Under the pieces are notes generated by a model that was not told the DNA's origin, did no database searches, and saw only the letters and a list, made by a program, of their open reading frames with translations. A DNA stretch of 55,571 nucleotides, filler included, from Piptocephalis cylindrospora (lineage: Eukaryota): NCBI GenBank assembly GCA_003614145.1. It is 3 parts of 3 records of this genome, joined end to end, with 100 filler letters (N's around TTAATTAATTAA, not from the genome) between each part and the next. Parts side by side here need not be neighbours in the genome. Positions count along the whole stretch, not along the records: positions 37,228 to 55,571 come from KZ987836.1; 2 more parts are not named here. One strand, given 5' to 3'. A program made the translations under genes and the position numbers. The stretch's first letter is position 1; each line of letters opens with the position of its first letter. Positions 47,282 through 55,571 of the stretch are shown piece by piece.

Positions 47282-48016
47282 GGGAGTTCCCGTATGGGGA
47301 TGGAAGGATGACATGGCTCAAGAAGGGCCAATACTTCCGTCCCTCTAGCCCCTCTCTTCCCACAGCCCATTAAAATCATCATCATTATCCTTTATCATTG
47401 ACCAATTGACTCTGAGACGGATGGGACACGGGCTGGGTGTCGATCTCTCTCATCCTCATGTACGACTCTTTTCCTCGGCTTTTATTGCGCTTTTCCAAGG
47501 CAGGTTTATCCAGTCATCATAATTAGACCGGCTTTCGTGATTCTTAATCATCATCATCCAGGTCAACCAGTATGCAGCTTGGTTCTTGACCCCCTATCTC
47601 CTGCGGTCACTTGTTCCCTCACATTGCACCCCAAGACCTTCATAAGACCCTGAAACCCATCATCCCCCCCTTTCTTTCCCCACACACATGACGGACGCAC
47701 GCCCCCCCATCTCCGACCTTGAGTCTGCCTCCCACACTATATACCCTAGACCACCTGGTGGTGTTTTCATGCTGTTCTATGCATCATTCTTATGTGAGCT
47801 TGGGCGGGGTCAGAGTATGTGGAAGCGAGATAGAGGGAAGCCTTGAGTGTGGGGTTGCTTAATCTCCAAACCATCTTATTTCTCCTTCCCCTCATCCTCA
47901 AGCACCCCCATCCCCCTGTTGCACCTTTTCTCCTTAGTTTCCTCCCTTGTCCTCACCCCGCTCGACACCTACCTGCTCCTCCTAGTCATCAACTCTACCG
48001 ATCCTCCTCCGCTGCC

Positions 48017-51000
48017 ATGGGCATCCATAGCTGGGAAGAGGTGCGACAGCAGGTCCGAGAGTTCCGGGCTCAGCAGCGACCTCTACCAAGTATTCGCGCA
48101 GGCCATATTCTTGCCTTTTCAAACCGGCCTCCGATCGTTCTCATGCTTGGTCAGGACCCGTTGAGTGATACCCGGACCACCACCCTCTTTACCCGCACCC
48201 TCCCGGACCACGAAGGGAAAGAACACATGATTCAAACTCATGAAGCTATCGACGGGGAAGACTATCGGGGGGAGGAGGAGGGGGAAGGACAAGAGGAAGA
48301 GGGTCATTCATCCAACTCTCTCTTTCCATCCATGATGGATCCCCTTTCATTTCCTCTCAATCTCCTGTACAGTACGTCACCACCTACACATCCCCCTCCA
48401 CCTCACCGAGATGATCCTTCCATACTTCCGCCACACGTCCAGTGGAAGCCACTCCTTTCGGCCTCTTGGCTCCGAAGACACTGGAGGCCCCAGGCAACTG
48501 CCGCTTCCCCCGCCGAGGCCCTGGCCGCCGAACGGCGACGACTTCCCTCCACCCACGGCATTGCCTTCCTTCAACTTCATGTCTCCGGCGACATGAAGGA
48601 GGATCTGGGGAGGATTCTTTTTTCCTACACTGGGTCCCATTGGGTCCTCAGTCTCTCGGATGTTTTGTCTCATGGGACATCCAGCGAGGATGAAGTTCAT
48701 GAGGAGACCCCGGGTCCTCGATGGAGCAGGGCTCAGATGGGTGGGGTGCGGGAGCCCTTACTTCCCCGTCGTATCCCCGGGACAGGAATACGAGTGGGTG
48801 GCAAGTTGGGAGGGCCTACCGGGGCATTTCTTGCATTTTGTCGGGGTCCGGACTTGTGGGTCACGGACTTACGGGGATACGAGACGTGTGTTGCCCGAGG
48901 ATCTGTGATCCGGGGAAAGGAGGGCAAGTCAATACTGTGTGGGAGTCCAGAGTATGTCATGCAAGAGGAATTCCATCGATTCTCCGGCTTTGAATGGGGC
49001 CCTACAGCCTCTGTCGGGACCTCCGAAACTCCTGAATTTATGCGTATCCTATATGGTCGGGTGGATGAATCGGCCGTTGGCCGTATTCGTCTCCCAACCG
49101 GTGGTTGGGGCAAACGTGGCACCAAATACCGACCTGGGGCCTCCAACCACGATGCCGAGATGGGAGGAGCGGTCGGGGGCAATGGGGAAGAGAGGCCCGA
49201 GGAAAGGGCTGAGGAGGGAGAGGGGGAGGAGGAGCATAGGTATCCAAGGCCTGGGGGTCCCAATGCACGAACTGAGCTGAGAATAGCCAAAATACCCCTC
49301 ACTCGTGTCGCCCTCCTTTCTCCTCCGAGAATGACGGGCTCTTGCCCAATTCAGAATGACTTAAATGAGGCTGAAAAGGAGGAGAGGGGAGGTGAGTGGC
49401 AGGTGAACTCATACTCCATCCAGACCCTTGGTCTCCGACCCATTCACTCCATCCGTCATCTTTTTCCCTGGTGTGAGTATGTCGTTCGGTATGGGTGGAT
49501 TCCAGGTCGGGAGGCCATCTGGGCCCAGTTACTCGATAGGCCTCAGAGACGCACTGCATGGGTGGCCTTCCCTCTTGCTTGCTTTAGCAATGTGGAGGAG
49601 GTGGAGGAAGGGCGAGAGAACGGCAAGGGAGAGGAGGTAACGGATAGAAGGGAGCTTCCTATCATCCTCTATGAAGAGTTCAATCGATCATGGGTCAATG
49701 TAAGTGATGGAAAAACAGAGACTGAGAGCCCTCTCTTGCTCAAACCAATTCCTACATCCATCTAGATCACCGACATATTGGCCTTTATCCCAGCTCCCTC
49801 GAATCCTGAAAAAAGTCCCGCGTTTAAAGATCCGATCAATTTGATCCTAGCAAGTGAACGAACGGGCTTTCGACATCTTTATCTCGTATCCTGCACAGTT
49901 GGCCCCACATCGGAGGAGGGCCAGTCCGGATCCATGGGACGGGTCACTCGAAGGCTCCATGCCATTACGCGAGGGGAGTGGCCGGTGGTGGATGCACCCA
50001 TCCATCTGGATTCCTTGGCTGGGTACGTATACTTTCTGGCAAAACCCTCCAGTCCCCTCGAGGCCACATTATGCCGTGCTCGATATGGACATCTCCTAAG
50101 GGAGGGCGAAGCAAGAGGCGAGGATGGATGGGAGAGGCTTACTCCCCGTGGATGGAGTGTCTCCTCCTTTTCCCCGGCCATCGATGACCCCTCTATCCAT
50201 TACCCACCATCCGACAAGCCCCATGGATGTTGGTTTGTTCAAGCCAGCGCCGCTTTGGAGGGGGCGCGTGTTCAGGTTCTAAGCATTCCCCGACAAGCCG
50301 CTGGGGGAGCACCAGACTCACTTGCCCGATTCCCTCCACTGCCTATCCGCTCCTGGAACGTCTTACGTACTTTTCCTGATCTGGAAGCGGCCACTCCTCA
50401 CTTTTTTTCCTGTCCTTCTGAGGATGGTAAGTGAACTTGGCGGAGGGTGATATGGGCTTCTAATACTTACTTTTTTCTCTTAGGCTCTCGGATTCACGGA
50501 TGCTACTATGAGCCTGAGAGGATGATTCCGGACGAAAGGTACCCTACACTTTTACATGTGTATGGGGGGGCCAAAATCTCAGGTGGTAACGAATGAATGG
50601 GGGCCTGGGAGGCATGTGAGATTAAGGATGGCGGCCAAATTGGGGTTCTTGGTGGTGCTGGTGGATGGACGGGGTTCGGCGGACCGAGGGATGGCGTTTG
50701 AATCATGGGTTCAGGGGAGGTTGGGTCGAGTGGAGATGGAGGATCAGTTGCGGGCGCTGACCTGGCTTGCACGGACCCGTGGAATGGTGGATGTGGGGAG
50801 GGTGGCGGTGACGGGATGGTCCTACGGAGGCTATCTAAGTCTTATGGCTATGACAGAGTGGGGTCATCGATTCCGTCTGGCCATTGCTGGGGCCCCCGTC
50901 ACCTCATGGGATCTGTATGATACGGCATACACTGAGAGGTATCTGGGTCTTGTTACTCCGTGTGGAGATGAAGGAGGAGGGGAGAGTTACTATGATGCAG

Positions 51001-51330
51001 GATCCTTGGTGAGTAAGGCCAGTCAATTCCCTGAAGAGTAAGTCTTTCCCTTTGTTTTTACTCGAGGAAGGCTGTCTGTATATGAACCTAACTTGGTCTC
51101 CCCCTCCCCACTCCTCCCCTCTCAGAGCAAATCGAGTCCTCATCGTCCATGGACTAATGGACGAGAATGTTCATTTTGACCATACAGAACGCCTAGTCGA
51201 TGCTTTAGTGCGGGCGGGAAAGCCTCATCAATTGCAAGTGTACCCGCGGGAGAGACACGGGATCCGGGATCCGACGGTGAATGAGCACTTTGAGACCTTG
51301 ATGTTCCACTGGCTGTTGAATTACCTGTAG
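48017..51330 (+). CDS. Dipeptidyl peptidase, family S9B, DPP8/DPP9-like soluble type (4 exons)
   Basis: QEEF double-Glu motif, YPRPGGPNA, SERTGFRHLY, VYGGP, GWSYGG (Ser), DENVHF (Asp), ERHGIR (His). No N-terminal TM segment. Confidence 0.92.
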
Positions 51331-51587
51331 GGATCAAATCGAATGTGCAGAGCTGATGGGAACGGAAAAGGCCAATATCCACGATGCAAATAGACCCTCT
51401 CCATGTGTACGACCGAGCAGACTCATGCGTATTTCCAGGGGGATATGAAGTATGAGTTTTTCTTGGTAACCGTCCATTTATCGCTCGACAGGTAACATGA
51501 GAATCTGACTGTGATCAGGTGGGCAATATGCTTGAAAGAAACCAAGAGGAAAACATATATTCATCTGTTGACGATAGAACATGAGGC

Positions 51588-52267
51588 TCACTCCTCGGAT
51601 CGATTCAAAATATACTTTCCAGCGTGCCATACCAGGGCCAATGATCCTCCAATGGTCCCAGCGATCCTCGCTGCTCTGAATCCGGCTGTGAAAGAAATGA
51701 ACGGGTGGTATCATTAGTGTATGGTATGACACAGACATGACGACACCTCAACTTACCGGTCGATCGGAAGAGCATACCAGCACCAACGGCAGCAAGGATA
51801 CTGGTGGAAGCATCACGCTTCCCCCGGATCTTGCCAAAGATCCCATCGGCGCTAAAGTACAGGAGGGCAAGGACACCGGCGGAATTGGCGAGGAAGGGGC
51901 CTCGTCGGGTGCACGCGTTGAGGATGCCGTTGACACGGAGCTTCCTCGAGGTCACGTCCTTTGTCTGGGCAAGGCCCTCCCTAAAGCCCCAGACACCTCC
52001 GAGGGATAGACCAGCCAGATAGGTGGTTCCAGCTCCGTAGCATAGCTCATCGTTCCACGACCTACCGCCGTGGAGTCCGTTGTTTGGGGTGAGGTCAGTG
52101 TAGATGTAGTCGAGCTCGGCGTTGGTGGAGGGAATACCCTTAAGAGCATTGGGCTTTGCCTTGTTAAAGTCCACGCCCTGAAGGAATGAGGAAACGTTCT
52201 GGTAGTCCTCTACTTGTTCCTGCCCAGGGGTCTGTGGGGTTTGGTACATGGAGGGGCTCGTGGACAT
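51588..52267 (-). CDS. TIM23: Mitochondrial inner membrane translocase TIM23 (intron 51686-51756)
   Basis: GRSWNDELCYGAGTTYLAGLSLGGVWG...KLRVNGILNACTRRGPFLANSAGVLAL...RGKRD. Confidence 0.95.
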
Positions 52268-52894
52268 GGTGATTGCGTGGGGGAGAAAGGAAGAGAAGAC
52301 GGCTGAGGAGATGGGGCGGATGGTTACTACCAGCGGCAGGGGATTGACATCTCTCCCCGGCCGAGATAGGACAAGGTGAGCATGTTTTGGTGTGGATTCT
52401 TTCCGAGGTAATGACATTTCCTGGTGTGAGGTAGTTTTCCGAGATGAAGCGATTTTCTTTTTTTAGACCAAATTTTACTTGGTGTTGAAAATGAAATGTG
52501 TAAAGTATTACTTTTTCTTTCGGAGGCCATACACATACACTGAGTCCCATATTTAGGTGGATGTATAGTGTAATAGCACATGCAGTACAACAGCTGTGGG
52601 TTATGTAGGATTAAAGCTGCCTATTTGCTGTGTTCATCCCGCGATTCCTCTGAGTATAAAGGCTTTATGATCAGTCGAGTTATCATGCGTAACTTTCTTC
52701 CTTATGGGAGCGGGAAGAAGGGTTAATAAAGCCTTCATCTTTATAGCTGATGCACACTCATTTTAGATGGCTTGTGTGTTTCGAATTCGCACATATCAAT
52801 ACTAAACTAGTTTCTACCTCAGCCTATACTGCTTGCTCCTCAATTGAACAACAGAGAAACAGCGTACTGGCCCTCTTTATTCTCTTGCATCCTC

Positions 52895-53937
52895 ATGACC
52901 ATCCCCTTAAGCCCCAATCAGAAAGAACTTCTTACCGCAGATACGTAAGTGCCTATCTGACATGTCCTTGTCCAGGACTCACCCTTGTCATCGTAGGGAG
53001 GACGATACTGTCGAGGGATTTTTTAGGAGCGAGAAAAGGCGCTGCCAGACTCGCCCTGTCCTCTTTGGCCTAGTCTTTCTCTTCACCACAGGCTTGTTTG
53101 TCCTCAGCCTCCTTCACATTCTCCGAGGCCCTCCCCCCCCCTTTCGTACAGCCCACCGCCAAGGCATCGGCCCGAGTGGCCATCTTTGTCCTTACCTCCC
53201 CTCTGACCTTGACCGACCGGGGTCAGGCGGTAGCAGATACTTGGGCAGCGACGGCTGCTGACCTAGGGGTCGATGTCTACTTTACCTCGCACACCGATAC
53301 CTTTCCGGACCTAGGGGTCCTAAGCATCCCAGTGGAAGATACAGATTATGATCATATTTACCAAAAGGTGTATGCGGCCTTTTCCTGGCTGGGAGCTCGA
53401 CTCGATGATCGTGGGTACGATTGGGTGATGAAGGCGGACGATGACACGTATGTAGATGTCGTTCGATTGCTAGATTTTCTCAAGACCCAGGATCCTCAGG
53501 TGCTCCACCACATTGGAAAGGCTGAGTATTCCCACGTAGGTCCCATGTGCTGGGGCGGTCCTGGGTACATCATGTCCCGGGCCCTTCTCTCCCGTCTGGT
53601 CCCGCATCTGGATGCGTGTTCTCGTGGTGAGGATGGGGTGTACTTGGGGGCCGAGGATGTCTCGATCACTGCCTGTCTCGCCACCCATATCTCGGATTAT
53701 ACGGGATGTCGCAGGGCTCGTCCTTGGAGGTTTCCTGAGGATACGAGCTGGGAGGATTTCCCTAGTATTGACGGGACTGATACCGAGTGGCTTGAGCTTG
53801 GCCAGGAAATTCGGTATGTCGATCGGTCAAACCAACTTCCCTGGTCCTTTGAGGAAACCATCAGTGTCCATAAGGTTCTTCCCCGAAATATGTATCGATT
53901 ACACGCGTGGAGACAACGAAGATCCCTGCAAGGATGA
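52895..53937 (+). CDS. GT31-family glycosyltransferase (C1GALT1/fringe-like), type II membrane; apparent +1 frameshift at C9 run 53133-53141
   Basis: TM segment VLFGLVFLFTTGLFVLSLL in one frame; AVADTWA, YDWVMKADDDTYV (DxD), GGPGYIMSRALL, AEDV and SVH in the next frame. Confidence 0.85.
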
Positions 53938-54103
53938 GAATATGTTTGTTCCCCTAACTTGGTTTAATTACAGTCCAAGATCGTGAGATGACTCTTAATG
54001 GCGTTTTTCAAAGAAAAAAGACATAATGGATGAATGACTACCAATCTTAATAGCACTTCCCCATCCTGCCCTTTACGCTCACACACTCCGTGTCTATCCT
54101 TTC

Positions 54104-54921
54104 TCATCCAGATGGAGTTAGCAGCTCGGCGAGGGCCCCTTCCTCATCCCCACCCCATACACGTAGGGCAGAGACGACCTCAGGGTAGGCAAACCCCATG
54201 TCACACAACCGGGCCACACTCTCAGAGGACACCGATTGCCCCTCTCCTCTCCCCATTCCCTCCTCCTCCTCCGGGGCGCAGACAACCGATCGGGGCCGGC
54301 TAGATGTGGAGGAGGCCGCAGCTGCCCTGGTTGCTGCTTTGGGTACATACTGAGCTCCTTGTCTCGGCCTCGGCGGATTGGCCGAGTCAAGGGCAGATTT
54401 AGAAGCATACTTCCTCGTCCATTCTTCTGCCGTAGCCTCATATCCTTCCCTATCCTCCAGGTAATGGGATGCCACTTGTGCATCCTGGTAGGAAAAGATA
54501 AGGTTAATCCTTAGTGTCCATTTCTCTCCCTCTCCCCGAAAAGCCTTACTTGAGGATCATGAGGCTCGGGGGAACACAGGAGGGATTGGATAGACAACAC
54601 GGCCGACCGAATGGTCAAGGCCGGGGTCCATTGGTCGTTCAAGATATCTAAGCAGATCAGCCCAGTTTGCGACGACACGTTCGGATGATAGACGGGTGTA
54701 TCAAAAGTTATAATAGGTGGCTTAAAAGGGTACCCTTCCGGGATTTGCACATTAAGTTGAAAGTGGCCGTCCTTATAACAGGACCCCTCTGGACCCTGGA
54801 ACCGGCACTTGAGTTGACGAAGGTTCCCCTCGTCCGGGATCACCAGATCAAAACCCACATCCCTGTCCAGGAAACACGCCTCAATCTCCCTTGCCAAGCG
54901 TTTTTCATCGGCTTTCGGCAT
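54104..54921 (-). CDS. UBC1: Ubiquitin-conjugating enzyme with C-terminal UBA domain (UBC1/UBE2K type; intron 54485-54549)
   Basis: YPFKPP..TFDTPVYHPNVSSQTGLICLDIL.DQWTPALT...PEPHDPQDAQVA; UBA VARLCDMGF....VVSALR. Confidence 0.9.
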
Positions 54922-55317
54922 TCTTCTGCTTTTTTAGATGACCTCGGGATGGAGTAGGAGAGATCAGGCAAGAGAGATGGACAGGTTGTTGGAAGAAGAT
55001 ATAAGGGTCCGTGGGCCATTCTGCTCACACATTGTGCACTTAACAACAATACATCGCCACCACCACTCGCCCACTTGTGCTATCCTTATCGCTTCTATGC
55101 CAGATCCGTGAGCCCGAGTTTTTGGCTGGGATAAAGGTCGTGGGTATCAAGAGGTGTGGGCACAGAACTCTGAGAAGACATGAATACAGGGGCGAGTGTC
55201 TAGAGATCAAAAATGAATTTATAGACACAGCACTCAAGTCATACACCTCCTCCACTCTCCCCTCTTGACACGCATATACAATATGAGTTTCTTGGACCAT
55301 GGGAGAAGCTATCCACC

Positions 55318-55454
55318 TCAAGAAAATCCTCCACTCTCCCGGGCACATTCACATCCACACCCCGTGGGACACACCGTGTTTCCCGATGCAAACCATTCTA
55401 GCATATGCTGACTATGCCCACCGTGTCGACACACTAAACAGAAGTTTACCAACC
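55318..55454 (-). CDS. WDR59: Last exon of a GATOR2/SEA complex subunit (WDR59/SEA3-type C-terminal RING)
   Basis: GLVNFCLVCRHGGHSQHMLEWF....VCPTGCGCEC follows a poly-C tract and a CAG acceptor. WDR24 and MIOS have similar motifs, so the paralogue call is tentative. Confidence 0.75.
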
Positions 55455-55571
55455 CTGCATAAGGTAGGGGGGGGGGGGGGGGGGGGCGGGTAGGTAACAA
55501 CACCGTCTCCCCCAGAACGCAAAATAATACACTTTTTTCACGTGGGTTACCAAATGCTCTACGGAGGACGA

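Noticed and set aside
19320..54921. Apparent cluster of ubiquitin/SUMO genes (UBC9, F-box, RBR, UBC1)
   Set aside because: They are spread over 35 kb, separated by a gap and unrelated genes, and belong to large families, so chance is sufficient.

Overview
Gene-dense (about one gene per 2 kb), intron-containing eukaryotic DNA from a fungus. The gene content, short GT-AG introns and pyrimidine-rich 5' leaders fit an early-diverging lineage; a compact Zoopagomycota-type genome is my inference and cannot be verified here. The window is a scaffold with two 100-nt N gaps carrying an artificial TTAATTAATTAA linker. About 28 protein-coding loci were found: G6PD, a truncated ESF2, cyclophilin PPIL3/CYP10, REV7, eIF3b, a DIPP-type Nudix hydrolase, CCDC97, a bHLH factor, a secreted subtilase, a stand-alone I9 inhibitor, LOG, UBC9, dienelactone hydrolase, a SAM methyltransferase, an aspartic protease, MED14, an F-box/WD40 protein, a small orphan, an HSL-type lipase, an RBR E3 ligase, a secreted orphan, a C2H2 factor, a GH47 mannosidase, a DPP8/9-like peptidase, TIM23, a GT31 glycosyltransferase, UBC1 and the last exon of WDR59. 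No rRNA, tRNA, CRISPR array or mobile element could be supported. The main oddities are: (1) the RBR gene has its RING1-coding first exon inverted between perfect 55-bp inverted repeats, with a second in-phase first exon at the other end (an invertible cassette or, more likely, an assembly chimera); (2) a subtilase lacking a recognisable I9 propeptide lies next to a stand-alone I9 gene; (3) UBC9 and the GT31 gene have +1 frameshifts in poly-C runs; (4) ESF2 is cut off inside its first intron; (5) G6PD ends in the peroxisomal signal SKL. I cannot confirm a new biological system from sequence alone.
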